Source: Tubiluchus corallicola
Lineage: Eukaryota > Animalia > Priapulida
Length of the DNA stretch: 64,000 bases
Reading direction: 5' to 3'
Assembly: GCA_030141605.1 (NCBI GenBank)
Contig: JAQGDQ010000046.1
Span: forward strand, 124,001-188,000
This document shows, piece by piece, positions 1 to 13,981 of the stretch. The notes beneath the pieces are model-generated. The model ran no database searches and was not told the DNA's origin. It saw only the letters and a program-made list of their open reading frames with translations. A program made the position numbers and the translations under genes. Numbering within the stretch: position 1 is the first letter of the stretch; every line of letters starts with the position of its first letter.

Positions 1-665
1 CAAGCTGGACTGTTGACTCTGGTAGATAGTTCCATTCCCTTGCGATGCACGGGAAAAAAGAGTGTAGGTGATAATTGCAAGAAGAATATGGCATGTTGTA
101 TGCAAATGAAATTTCTGTACGTGAAGGAATAGAGTGGCATTGTGGCTGGAGAGGCATGTCGAGCTACCAGGTGTTGTGGATTTTGTAAAACACTGCGAAC
201 CTAGCCATCCTGCATCTCTTGGCTAGTGGGCACCAGTTCAGCTCTGTCATGGCAGTCACACTTGATGTTCTCCTATAACAGTTCAAGGTAAACCTTCCAG
301 CTCTTCTCGGAACTGATTCCAACTAAACCGACGGTGTGTGGATCCCAAACAGTCTGGCTATACTCAAGTGTCGGGTGCACCAGGCTCATTTATGCTAATT
401 CCTTAATTTGTATGTTATTAACATCAGTATTTTGTCGTGAAAAGCCAAGAGTAGGGTTAGCTTTAGATGTAATCCGATCTTCGTGATCAATCCACCTGAT
501 ATCACGAGGGATATTGACTGAGTCCACATGCATTTGCAGATGTCCCTGAAGCATATATTGGTATCTCACTGGGTTCCTTTTCCTTGTTATACTGATGACC
601 TCACACTTGTCACAATGAAATTCTATCTTCCATTTGCTTGACCAGACCATATCTTGGACATATCA
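1..665 (-). mobile_element. Decayed, 5'-truncated non-LTR retrotransposon (CR1/L2/Jockey-group LINE), C-terminal part of ORF2
   Basis: Minus-strand translation shows the post-RT motifs W..KW.IEF..DKCEVISITRKRNP, ITSKAN.TLGF, LVHPTLEYSQTVWDPHT, LESVPRRAGRF, SSVTAM, FAVFYKIHN and FFP..AREWNYLP, interrupted by a stop (390) and frameshifts. Confidence 0.9.
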
Positions 666-1073
666 AAAATGGTACAAAAACTACATAAGCCATGTTAAAT
701 CTTACAAAATGCAAACTGATATTGTAATCATAGGTTGTTTCGAGCAATGCTGTATAATTTAGAAAAAAAATGCATTTTTGAAAAAACGCAAAAATGGAGA
801 TAGCAGATTTCATCAGGAAGCCTACGTATTGTAACCTCAGCTTCTCCAGAGTATTAACTCTTAAGATCCTGTTGTTGATCAAATAATGACCGAAGTCAAT
901 GTTTTCATAACTATTTTCCCAATCTAGCCTTATTATTGGTGCCATAGCGAAGATAAACAGTAACCTTATGGCAATCAATGCATGTGATGAACATTTATTA
1001 GGGTCTTTTTCCGTTACTGGCTCCATTTGGAGTAAACATTTTTTGATTTTCATGATGTGTAAAAAAATATGTG

Positions 1074-2347
1074 TGTGACGTCCGTGACGTCAGTCTGGAA
1101 TATAAGAACTACCGAGCAGCATTGGAACCCCTTCTAATATAGTTGAACTGTATTCTAGTATGATTTTGTTGCATTAATAGCTTAAGTTAGCTAATTACTT
1201 ATGTTAATTGAATGAGTCATTAGTTAATTACTCATTAAGCGAATTTACCTACTACAGTAAAGCAAGTTGTGACTGTACATATATGAGCATGCACATAGTT
1301 AGCTCTGGGAAGGGTCCCACCTCATACCTGTCCTAGATCTCCTTTACAAGAAAGTAAGTGATTGGTTATACGCTCAACTGAACAGGCTATCTGGCCAATG
1401 AATCGTCGTGTTAAAGGACAAGGTCATCCAGTTTTACCTGTTCTAGAAATTGAAACTAGGTTCAACACAGTGTGTCGAACGTGCTAAGCCAGTGAAGTCG
1501 TCGAATATGGCTTCCGACGAACACTTATTAACAATCGAAGTCAAGACTTAATTACTGTGGCGACAGAAAGTGATTAAAAGGGCACAGACACACCAAAGGG
1601 TTAGGTGTTCGAGCCGTGAGGCGGAAACACCAATAAACTGGCTGTTATTCGTTATTAGACGTACTGCTGTAAACGGAAATTCAGGAGATCCGGTGCAGAA
1701 ACAACCAGGTTATGACCAGACGTTGAACCAATGGTAGTTCCACGAGCTCCACGGGTCAGGACTCCACTGCACTACACTAGGATTGGTGAAGTAACCACTT
1801 ACGACTTCGGTACACCTGACAAGCATTGTAGAAGTGGCGACGTAAGATTCCACCCCCTGCTGAGCTTTGAAAGAGTAACTGCTCAAGATTCCACGAAGTT
1901 CGCATAACCGGTTAGTCACGTTATTCCAGCTTCCAGAGTGATGGAGAACGTCAAACGTTAGAATCCGACAGCTTCCGACTGCACTCACTACAACTGATAA
2001 GTATACTTACCTTACATCCTTCTCCCTCACCTGGGTTGGGGCTAACTAGTCTTCTGTTTGTCATGAGTTAACTAGAAACGTCGTTTATAATTATAACAAG
2101 TTTGTTATTGTTTTGATTTAAAGTAAATTGTTTTTACTTCTTATCTCATTAAACACAGAATTTATCGGTATTATTAAAACCTGTTTTATTTGCTTCTATT
2201 CTGTGTACATGCCTGTGAACTATGCTTAAATGGAAAGATTCACTGAACCCACGTGTCAGCACATATCGGAAATTAGTAGCAAAAAAGTGTTTGTGGTGTC
2301 GTAACGAAAGCGTCCTATATCACAGGTATTACACCACATATATCACA
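1074..2347. mobile_element. Solo LTR of an LTR retrotransposon (1274 bp)
   Basis: Termini TGTGA...TCACA, exact 5-bp target-site duplication ATGTG (1069-1073 and 2348-2352), higher CpG content than the flanks, ATTAAA-type signals near 2150-2180, no gag/pol coding sequence. Confidence 0.8.
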
Positions 2348-5300
2348 ATGTGGAATTATGCTTAATATACTAATTAGAATCTCTTGTCACATTTTGGGTA
2401 GCAGCAGTAACGACAAATTTCAAATTATTCAAGAAAATTCTTTATACCTAGGAAAATGTCGGTCAACTGTGCAACCAAATGTAATGCGCAAATAAAAAAT
2501 CGTTTTAATAGTACAAATGTTCTAAAAGTGGATAATATCTTGGTGACATGGTAATCTATGTCTGAAATTTGTTGCATGTTTATGCAAGTAAATCCATGTA
2601 CGATTAAGCCAAAATGGTGTTGTGTTAATGTTGCCTTTTGTATATGAAAGTTTGCTTTTAAATGTGTGCAAATGAGTTATCATTATCGGGTACTTGTGAT
2701 ACTTGCCACATTTATGCGGTTGAACATCGCCTATCAACCGGAAGAGTGATAGCGAGTTTCTTGATATTCTTAAAAGAAGGACCCAATCTTACACTAGCTC
2801 AAAACGATCTACTGTATAAAATATAGAAAGGAAAGATAACATTTTTCACGAGTGACTTGCGTGAAAGAACTATTAGCACAGAATAGTGACAAGCGCGTTT
2901 GTGTGGCTAGTTCTTCGTTGTTACATGCATTTTGCCGTCCGCTAGTTACATGGGTAAGCACCTGCACCTGCATCTAGGTAAGGCGTTGAACAAAAAAGGT
3001 GCTGTACATGTCAATTCAGAATTGTTAATTTGTGACGTAGTACACTCGTTCGAGAGCTCATGTGTGAGCATACAGCATACTTGAAAGTTGAAATTTGAAT
3101 TTAAAATTTGTCGAGTTTTCCTATATCACACTGAATGTTGTACAGTAGCACTGTACATCAATTTTCGCTTTCGCAAGCACAAGCAACGCCTCGTAGAATG
3201 TTTGTGCTGTTGAAAATTATGTTCAGTTGTGATATCATCGCTAGCCGGCCTCGCCCCGTTAATTAAACTTTTAACGTTATCTATTATTTAGTCACCAAAA
3301 ACGTTTTGGCATTATTATAAGTCTTGAAATATGTACTTTTTGTCATACTTGAAAATAGAGTTGGATGAAAATCATCCCGTTTTCCTTTAAAAACGGAGAA
3401 TTAGGTTTGGTTGTAGAGCTGACAGAAGAATTACGGAGTTGACAGAATATTAACTACCGATGTGCAAATAGTGTAGAAATTTCATAATTTCGGTTCAGAA
3501 CATCTCAGTCGGAAGCATATTATTCAAATGCATTTCTCCCACTGAAAACGTCTTGTCATTTTTTTGAGATTTTGCAATCCAAGCAACTACATCCTTGTTT
3601 TATATCATAAGCAAGCCATTAATGATGGTCAAATAAATTGAACTGATACAGAGCCGGAAGTTTTTTCTGAAATGTTGTTATTCCAATAAAATATTTATGA
3701 ACTAAAATCATTTAATCCAAATGCACCGGCGCATTAATGAAACATCAAGTGATGGTTCAAAAATAAATAAAAATGAAAAATTACAGTGGGGAAAAATTTA
3801 TTTATTTACAGTTGAACCAATTTTAATGCCTCTCATTATTTAGTTTCATTTTTGCAGTTGGCTAATCATAGTTTTAAGTTACTAACATTCAAGATAAAAC
3901 AAATTATTCCTTTGTCATGGCATTTTATATGTAGCTAAGGTAATACACAAAGTGTAATAGCACAAAGGAGATTCTCAAAATGGCACATGATATTTTTATT
4001 ATATCTAATGTTTTCACAAACTCTACAACTAGTGGACAACTACGCAACCATGGTCTGGTGGTTGCGGAGTTGACGGTTGTGGAGTTGACATTTTGCATTA
4101 AATTCATTAAAAGACTTATTAAAACTAAATTCATTTGCTGATTAAGAAACAAATCTTTAAGCAAAGTGTTATTATTCTTCGGTTGTGTTAGTAAAATCCA
4201 ATAATAGGTGCTTTAACAGACGTAAACAGCGGTTTTTGAGTTGGCACATATTAAACATATTCAAGGCATTAAAGACGTGTCACAAAAACATGTAAGCCGA
4301 AAAGACATATCTACAAAAACTTAAACTTACTCAACAAAATAGTTATCTAGAGCAGTGTTTTTAGTTCCTGTGGGATGCTTAGAACAATGATTCTCTGTAA
4401 GCGGATTGCACATTTTATTTTGAAACTGGGGAGTCTCAATAAATCAAGGAAATGACAATGAAAAATGAGTAAAAACAACAAAACCTGTAAAGAATTTTCT
4501 GGAACCTGCCTTGGGATTTATAATGTGCAATGTCTTAGTTATAGGATGGTAAAAAAACAGACCTAGAGCTAATAGATTTCCGATAATTTTCACTAGTGTA
4601 AATTGATAAAGCTAAAAACCGACAAGGTGAATTTTATGCAATTGTTAGCTACATATTACAGCAATTTTTTAAATTTTTAACTAAACATACAAAAAATTAA
4701 GTACATGAATTTATTGGCTTATTTTACTGAGTAAAGATTGTTACTGGTATACATTAACTTCTGAGTTATTTTTATGATGGAGACATCAATGAAGCCAATA
4801 TTGGGAGAACGACCCGTTAGTCATATTTGGTAACCTAGGTTGACGGCGTTAGATGCTCATAAAAAAACCAGCAGTGTCATGGTTTCTAAGACTAACCTGT
4901 GCGGGTTGGTAACTTCGGCCGAAAATACGCCATTTTGAAATTCCTTAACATATTATCTTTTATTCAGAACTGTGCAAATGTAATGCACTAAACTTTGTAA
5001 CATTTCAATATTTCAGGGTCGAGACAAACTTTCCCTAATTTTTGGTAGTTTACAACTTGACATTTACCTAGTTATGGGTCATCCAGCTACTGCCTCTGTG
5101 CCAAAATTAGCGCCTTTATGAAAATGCACAGTTTGATAGCTTAACCACCCCACTATATCCGCTTATGAACATTTTCTTTTTTTAATTGACAAAATTAAGC
5201 ACCTTTATACAAAAATAAAAATAAATTACTGTTCTAGCTGTAACTTGGGCGCGAACTCTGAGCTTAAGCAGAATACTATAGTATTTCACGAATAAGTCAT

Positions 5301-8300
5301 CTTTTTTATAGATATATTATAGTTATAGTTGCATATTATAATTATATTATGTTATTTGCTTAATTAAATTGACATTAATAATACTAAAAGCGAAAAAATG
5401 CACACTTCTAGAAAAGAAAAGTAAGAAGAACAAGTGGGATAAAATTGAGAATCTCTATAGCTATCAAATAATATTGCAAATTGTGCAACAAAAGGAGAAA
5501 ACTTCTGCATCTTAATAAACAATAAATATAGTTACATGAATTTATGGGCAAAAGTTAATTAGCTGGTTATAAGCATGCACTCAGGTAGTAACTCAAGTAA
5601 GTTGATCGGGAATTCCCGATGTTCAAAATTTCCTGTAAGAACGTGGGCGAAATGCGTGAGTCATGCCATAAACCTACATTAATTAGCCCTCAGATGCAGT
5701 ACAACCGAAATATTAAACCTTTGTAATTAGAATCTATTTGTATGCAAAATGTTGTGTAAATTTAGGTGAATTTTAGTGCTATTCAAACATGCATAAAACC
5801 ATACAACCTTGATATAAAGTTCAACTACATTAAAGACCCGTATAGCAAAAACAACTTTGAGGAGAAAATTAAGAAAACAAAAATGTGAGTCTGCTAAGAA
5901 ACGCTGAAACTTATGAGAAAATTTTCATCCATCAAAATATTTAATACGCCAAAACTAATCACGACAATAAAACAATATTAACTGCTAAACAGACCTTAAA
6001 ATAAAAAATCATCAAACTCAATCAAATAAACGCATGACAGCAATATTAAATTAGAAAATCTCAAATTGTTCATACCCTCCCTGGGACTAATACCAATTAG
6101 ATCTATGCTTGATACACAACCACACTTACTGTCTCACAATTGAATAACACACTGTGAGTAAGAAACACACTGATGAATCCAAACAAGTGTTTGTGAACGG
6201 GAATAACCGCACTGGTCTGAAAGAGAACTCGTCATGCGCCGGTCGTCTATGATGCAATAATGCAATAATAGCTCCGCCTTGTCACGAGAGTGCTACAGCG
6301 CAATCTAAGGCGCGATCACATGGTCCTGTCGTATGTGGTCACATGTACGTGATACGGAAGATTCCACGAATAAAAAAACAAGCTAATTTGTCCGGAAAAT
6401 TTTTGGGAAAATGGAAAACGGAAAATTTTGTTACAAAAGAAAACGTTCAAACAGTTGGAACGCAGCCAAGGTTGGAATGCGAATAAATTTTTCATCGTCT
6501 CACTCCGGAGTTAGCTTTATGTCAAATATTTTCCTTGTTGTACATTTCACAAACACTATAACAGCTTACGCTGTATAGAAATATGTATAGAAAACTTAGT
6601 AAACCGCAAGGAATGTGGAAGACTTTAAACATTTTTGCTGTTTATACACTACAGGTGGAAGTGGATCTGAAATGTAACCCACTATCCTCATAGCCCCTAT
6701 AGGCATCGCGACCCACACCCATGACCTAAAGAGCTAGCTCAAATGTAAGAAATAGAAATACAATGCCCATGGAAATATAAGTGTTACAAGAATAGGAATA
6801 ACAAAATCAGCATAACCACCACTGGAAAAGGTAGCGTGGACTATGTGGAAATACTGTTTTCAGAAATTCTTCCTAAACACAGTTTAGTATCAAAGGGGAA
6901 GAAAGAAGAATTTTCTTAGTATGTCTCAAAAAACTTTCCATACAAAATTATATTACTTTGCATTCCTATTTGAAAGACATGTTTAACTTAAAAGGAAATT
7001 CTTAGCATTCTTCTTGAAGTAGGTAAGGTTATAGTCAACCGGAAAACAATTTTCTGAGGAAAAAACTGGAATCCTAAGCAGCAGTTCTGCATCTAAAAAG
7101 TTTAAGGTAAAAATGTGAGAAGTAGCAGCAGTCGAGCATTCATAGATGCATATGGATAGATGCATAGAACGAAGCAGTTCTTTGGAAAAAGCGACATTAT
7201 TTTCAAACTTGAAAGGTCCTACTCCTCTTAAGACGTCTTTTATACAGAGTTTTACCGGAATGGTTAAGAAATGATAGAGCTTGTGTCAGCCACAAACCAT
7301 GCATTTGCATTCTTTATGTATACTAGCTTTTTGACTTAGTCAACACATTAAAGTACACTTTCCTGTTTAATATTATCCAAGTATAGCATCAACTCGCCCC
7401 CTTCAAGATCCGTACTAACTGGTCAATCTTGGCTATACTGCACACACTAGACAAGTCGACAAACTCATGAATTCATAGTTGGAAAGTTTGGAATTTGCAT
7501 TTCAAGATTCAAACACTTGTGAACACTGTTTTCGGACATTAACTGTTTCCTCTTACAAAATTTAATGAAAAAGTGCAATAAGCAAATAATATTAATTCAC
7601 AAACATAATAACGAACAGAACGAAGCTACTCAATTACAAAAAGTGCCTGTCAGTAAGCCACTTTGCTCACGAACGATATTAAACAAAATGCTACGCGTGA
7701 AATTAGAACTAATTGAATCGCAAAATTTATGTGCCATAAACTCAGGGAACATGTTTAACCTAGGCAATTTCAATATTCAACAGTAAACAAACGTGAGAGC
7801 TCCACAATGTTACTATACAACTACAGAGCTCAAACGTTATAAGAATTTTGGGGGAAAGACGTTTCATTTCCCACAAATGATTTGCTGTGGGTGTCACATC
7901 TAGCAATTTGGGTAATTTTGTATGGCTTTCAGCGATTTATTGTCGAAGTTGTAAGTTGCTACATCCAATAATAATAATGCATTAATAGTCTATAGTACTG
8001 GTTCTGGATTGCTTATTGCAAAATAAACTGGCAGTAGCGGCAATAAATGCCTTCACTTATTTAGTCATTACTAAAATTATCCTATAGAAACAACTGTGTA
8101 GGCAAACAGATATAAATTGAACAAAAACTTCTGAAACTATGAAATGTTCACTTATGAGCTGCTGCATTGTATAGAAAAAGTGACAAACCCAAAGTTACCC
8201 ATCCTGCAATGGCCTTAGAAGAGATAGCTAAAGCTTATCACTGTCAAAGTATTTGAATGCTAATGCAGCATAAATATTACCTATATAACAATTTCAGACA

Positions 8301-8882
8301 GAAAAACAACGCCTATGTATTAAAGAACTGTTGAAAATTGCATTAACTTTTTGACTTACCAGAACATTGCCTGCAGGCCTCGCCACATATACGTGCGAAA
8401 GCATAATTGCTTAACAGATGCAAATATAATTGAACATTGAACTGATTAGACCTGGTGGACAGGTTTCGATTAAGTTTCTTGGAATATCGGCGAATTCTTA
8501 GTAAGCTATCTGCAATAGCAACGGCTGTACGCACTCTTCAATCAAACTCTTATTTTAAATGTCGGATTTAGCGGGTGCGCGGCCAAGAAGCAAAAGGTCT
8601 CTCATATTCACGGAAAGTTGAAATCAGTCAGTCCGACAAATTTTATACTTTGTGCGTGAAAATTTGAGAAAATCCTATGTTTTGTTAGTGTATCTAATGG
8701 GTGCTATTTTATTAAGGGGTTTCACCGTTTCGGAAATTTTACGTGCGCATCGATGCCATGCAGTAAGCAGAGAATGAGGGTGTGTTCATCCGCTGTGAAC
8801 TGATTGGCTAACGTCATCAAAGCGTCATTTTTGGGAAATTCCCACTTCGCGCGTGTTATAAGTGGTTTGCCTATATAATATA

Positions 8883-8905
8883 TGTGTGTGTGTGTGTGTG
8901 TGTGT
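8883..8905. repeat. (TG)n microsatellite
   Basis: Directly visible. Confidence 0.95.
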
Positions 8906-11519
8906 AAATCAGCAGGCAGCAGCTGGTTATGTCTATTAGAATTTTAGAAATGCGTATTATAACTATAGGTATTAGTTCATTTTGCGCTAAAAATGTCGTG
9001 CAATGTATTTAGATCGTCAGTTTTGTATCATTATCAACACAATACTGCCTTGATGCATGCTTAACGCTATAATTATCAAAATCTATCATCCATACTTTAG
9101 GAAAAAAATTAATTAACATTTTGCCTTCTGCACATTTATTTGGTATAAAGATAAACTATAAAAAACAATAAAAATAAAAGTAAAACAAGTTGATCTCTCA
9201 AGAAAATTATTGTAGCATTGTAACTGCTTTAGTTCCATAATAAACGCTTTAATTTCCGACTTTAATTTTTTTCTTACAAACACAGAAAAATGTTGTTAGA
9301 AAATTAAGTAAATCACATATAAGCAGAATTCAGTGTTGCACACACAAGCCAAGCTTATGAAGATTCAAATGTCTTAATGTGTCTAGGCCTACTTAGCCGC
9401 TCTAAAGATAGAAATTGCACATTTACGTGACATGCATTAATTGTTGTAGTAGCGTTGTCTGCTTGCTTTATTTCGAATTGTATTTTACTAGCATATGCTG
9501 CTGGTAACGTTTTGCTATCTTGTTTGGATTTACTCATTAAATTACATATCACTGCATTTACGCTGCAAGCTTACGACAAATTTCCATTTGGCACTTGCAA
9601 AACGACAGCCTAATCATAACACCTGTTTTATGCATTAACATTGACCGAGTGCAATCAAATCCCTTAACTGTATTTTGCATTATATGTAGTAACTTTTATA
9701 AGTAGACACGCAACGCAAATTTTTTTAGATCCAGCTAATGGCTCAAATGCACAAAACTATTCAGAAGAATAATCTACTGCCTTTAAATTAAGTACTTGGT
9801 CAGTGTATTTTTCCAGAGGCACACAACAGGCCCACTTAAACTATTAATCGGCCAATCATTGGGGGGAAGCTCATGTCTCATTTTTTGGCTGTCGTGTGCC
9901 GTGCTACGTAGTACTTTGCAAGCGCGAAGAGGCTTGGAAATCACTAATCTAACAAATCACAACATAGTGTTGTACAACTCAAACCTTATGATTTCTCTTT
10001 TCTTCGATAAAACACCGAACTCAATACAAAAAGTGGTCACTGTGCTGCGTGTACATTTTTGCTCAAGAGGTTTTCTTTTATTTATGTACATAAGGTCTGC
10101 TTGCTACAAACTTTGCTTCTATTGCTATCTAAAAATTTGCGTCTCAAAAGTGAAAAATAAAGCAAAGGAAAAACACTGTGAAAAAGGGCACACTGCCTCG
10201 AAGAAATGAAAAAATAAGTTTTAAAATCAAGGCCCTTATACGTTTATTTTTTACTAAAAATAAAAAACGAACACTAATAATTTCATAATAATTAAAAACA
10301 TTAACTGTTGACATTTAACCTACTCGTACAAAACGTATATAAGATATTGTACTGTACGTTTTCAGGGTAAAAATTACTAGTATGGACATTAAGCGGTAGA
10401 CCATTTCCAAGAAAAGTTGCGCTGCCGAGAAGCTTTCAAAATGTAAACAGAAAGGAAGGATTAATGGCGTTTGAGAGCAAACAACTTTCAAAAACCGCAA
10501 CACTTTTGAACGTTCTTGCCGAGCCTGTAATTATAAACTATCATGTAACAGCTTGTGCATATAAATTAAATGCATACTGCAAGTTAAAACAATAAAAAGC
10601 ATGTTTATTTCCGATTGCATAATAATCTCGGACCACCTTTAACACTTTTAACAATTGGCGTTTAGATATTTGAAACAAATACAATATGTGATCTCCAATG
10701 AGCGACAAAGCCTTCTTAATTTTTATGAATGTGAGGAATCCTGAGAAACTGAAACGGCACAGATATGAGACAAATAACTGACGATAAGAACAGAGTCGAA
10801 ACTGCCTAAAAGTTTTTCAGACGGTCGTACATTAAAACTTTTACTGATCAGCAAATTCCAAGTGACCATTCTCTTATTTACTCGCTACTAAGTGAACTAA
10901 CGCTTTGCAGTGCCTTTTCCTGCTTGGCTTAAATAGCAAAAAAGTACCAGTTGTTGTTAAATTTTTTATTACTCAAATTCTCTAGTTCACGTATCATGAC
11001 AGTAGCGAAATTAAAATTTAAGCATTTAGAGCCTTGGTGCACCAAAAATTCACTATGATCAACGTCATTCCCATTTTTGTCACTCAACAAATTACCCAAG
11101 TAGGCCTGTGCCCGGCATGAAATTTTTGTTGGCATTTTTTATTTAAATTTTTTGAAGTCACTGGAACAATTTAAGAAAGAAATTTAACATGGATTTGTGC
11201 TTCTGATAAAACCTTGTGCATGTCGCTAGCAAGCCAAAAGAAATAATTACAAACCACCGATAAAGTTGTTATAGCTTTAGAGTATTATGCTCAACATTCT
11301 ATAATTTTAGCAGTGATTTTACATATGTCCCATGTATCGTATCGATTGTTAGAGAATTTCAAAATCCAAGTGCTTATAGCTTGCTAAATAATGCTTTCTT
11401 CTGTGACTGCGCCTATGAGGCGTAAGATATCTGTTTGAAGAATGTTACACGTAGATTCATCTACATGCAGTTTGTTTTTAGTCGCGGGCTCGATCGACCC
11501 AAAACGCTACTGTGTTCTG

Positions 11520-12400
11520 GCGTTGTTATTGGGATAATGACCTTTTGAAAAAAGCCAAAATCTGCATGAATTAGAAATGGATTGTCAAAAAGCTTCACAC
11601 GAATATATTAGAACAAATTTCGGCATCGGCTGACGGAGTTTGATGCTCGATCAGACATTTTAAATTCAAGATGGCGGCGATAACATTATTTTTGAAAAAA
11701 AACGCCCATGAATCTCAGCCAATTCGCAATGGATTGTCAAGAAACTTAAAGGAATGTACTACAGAACGAGCTCCGCATCGACTGGCTGAGTATGATTTTC
11801 CATACGGCATTATGACTTCAATATGGCGGCAATATCATTTTTAAAAAAAGGCCTAAGCTCTGCCAATCGCAATGGATCAATGTACAGTGCATTGTTACGA
11901 AACGTTATAGGATTATACTAGAATTAACTCTGCATTGAGCGGAGTCAGTTTTCGATCTGACATTTTGAATTCAAGATGGCGGCGAAAAATAATTTTCGAA
12001 ACTTTGCAACGAATCGCTACGAAACTTTATAGAACATATTAGAATGAATTCCACATCAAGGAATCGGATTTTTGATTAACTATTTTGAAATCGAAATTGC
12101 AGCAATGACACCATTTTCGAAAAAGCCCAAGGCTTCGCCAGTTTGCAATGGTTCTTCAGGAAACTTACAGAAAATATACTAGAAGAAATTTTACATCGAT
12201 TGCAGAGTCAGAATTTTGATGTGCCATCTTGAATTCTCAATGGCAGCAATAACTTCATTCAACCATACCATTAACTCTACCATTTTGCAACAGATCAGCA
12301 AGAAACCCGACAAGAAATACAAGAGTAAATTTTAAATTGACAAGAGTAACAGAACTAGATTTTTGTCACCTTAAATTCAAGATGGCGTAATTTCAAATCC
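11520..12400. repeat. Degenerate tandem array of ~6 units of 120-150 bp with core aattcaagatggcggc (probably internal to a non-autonomous DNA element)
   Basis: The core recurs at about 11667, 11819, 11972, 12092, 12238 and 12378, each with the shared context gcaatggattgtcaagaaactt...tagaa...cgatcagacattttgaattcaagatggcggc. Confidence 0.8.
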
Positions 12401-13981
12401 ACGATTTTGACTTTAGCAAGCTCCTTGACTAGTAGCTAGGGTTGTACTTATTCTTAAAGCAGTTACTGCGTAATGAACTCAACTAACCCAGGTTCAGCAC
12501 AGTTGGTTGGCTGCTCACCAATTCACAGCTGGTATGCAATAATCACATTTATTCAAGCAAAAAATTCATGTTGGAGTCTACATGGACCTCAAAGCAATAA
12601 AAGCAGGTGCACCAATAAAAACACTTTGAGAAATTAGGTTTACTTATCATAATGATGTTTTTAGAATGGAAGCTTAAAAAATCACAATTCTGAGGTGCTG
12701 CTTAATTCACTCTCACTGAATCAATCACAATTTTCTTACACAAGAATATTAGACTTTAAAAACGGATGATGATTTTAACTCTACAATAAAAAAACTGTTG
12801 TAAAAGAGTCGAAAGAGAAAAAACAACAATTTATTATATCAAATAATAAATACAGTATAATCATAAAGACATCTATGATTAAACTTATCACATAATAAAC
12901 CCAATACTTGCATACTATCAATTTTACCACATGAACAAAAACAACTTCAATGGTAATAAATAAGAGCAACAGTAAAAGCTGCAATACAATGTTAAGTTAG
13001 CTTATATAAGCCTACAGTAAGTAACACACGGTTAATATAGCTTATCACTGTCTCATTTGGCAACCCGTCACATGGGCTCAAAATTGCAATCATTCCTAAT
13101 ACCCAAAAGACCTACCAAAAATGCTTCTTGCATCTCTTCGTTAAAAAAGGTTGTTCCTTGAAATACAGTCCACATTAAGCTACAAAAGAATACAAGTTGT
13201 GACAGCTACACTAGCATTTTGGTTCTTAATGCAATAAAATTCCATCTAAATCTCTTTTGCATCTGTTAAATATTGTTTCTCATAAAGCGGGTCTTGTTCT
13301 TTGTCATATTTTATCATAAAGCGGGTGTCATTCTTTGTGGTACGGTTCATAATAATTATCACTTACACACTAACTCTAGTTTCTAATACACTAAAATTTA
13401 TATTTGTGGCACATGAAATTAACAAATTTCGGATGCAAGTTCATTAATAATAAATTAACCACAGTAAAATAGTAAATGCCTTAGCTAACGTAACAAATAT
13501 TATACTTATGAAATAGATATAATACTGAAAACTTGAAACTATAAAATAGATGCAACCACAACAGAATTTACATCCTTTAGTAATGAGTAAATGCTATATA
13601 ACAGATATATAAAAAAACCTGAAATACAGTTCAACTGCCACACCTATTACATCTTTACAAGAGAATATACTATAAGTACAGACACTGCATCCACATGTTA
13701 GCTCAAGACACCCATGGTAAACTTTTATCTACACCACAAAATCTTCTAGTACAGAAGTATAGAACCAAGTTTTGTTTACAAGAATTTGACTGCATCAGTC
13801 GGGGGCCTTCATCAATACTTTATAGCAGCATACCAGTAATCTTCATCCGCTCATAGCCAAAATTATGGTGAAATATCCATAAGCATGTTGCAACAATGAC
13901 TAGATTTCACACAGTGACTAGATTTCAGCAGAAAAGCTCATCCAGTAACAAAAGCTCTGTACAAGATTCTGTATAAAACAG

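Noticed and set aside
610-1053. 147-aa ORF, and other long track ORFs such as 9796-10209, 30659-31117, 51179-51541 and 51637-51879
   Set aside because: No domain signatures or phase-consistent splice context; several are antisense to transposon remnants or span microsatellites.
3400-5160. Possible decayed DNA transposon (ggagttgac repeats, cagtgggg / ccccacta ends)
   Set aside because: No convincing TIR pair, TSD or transposase motif could be established by eye.
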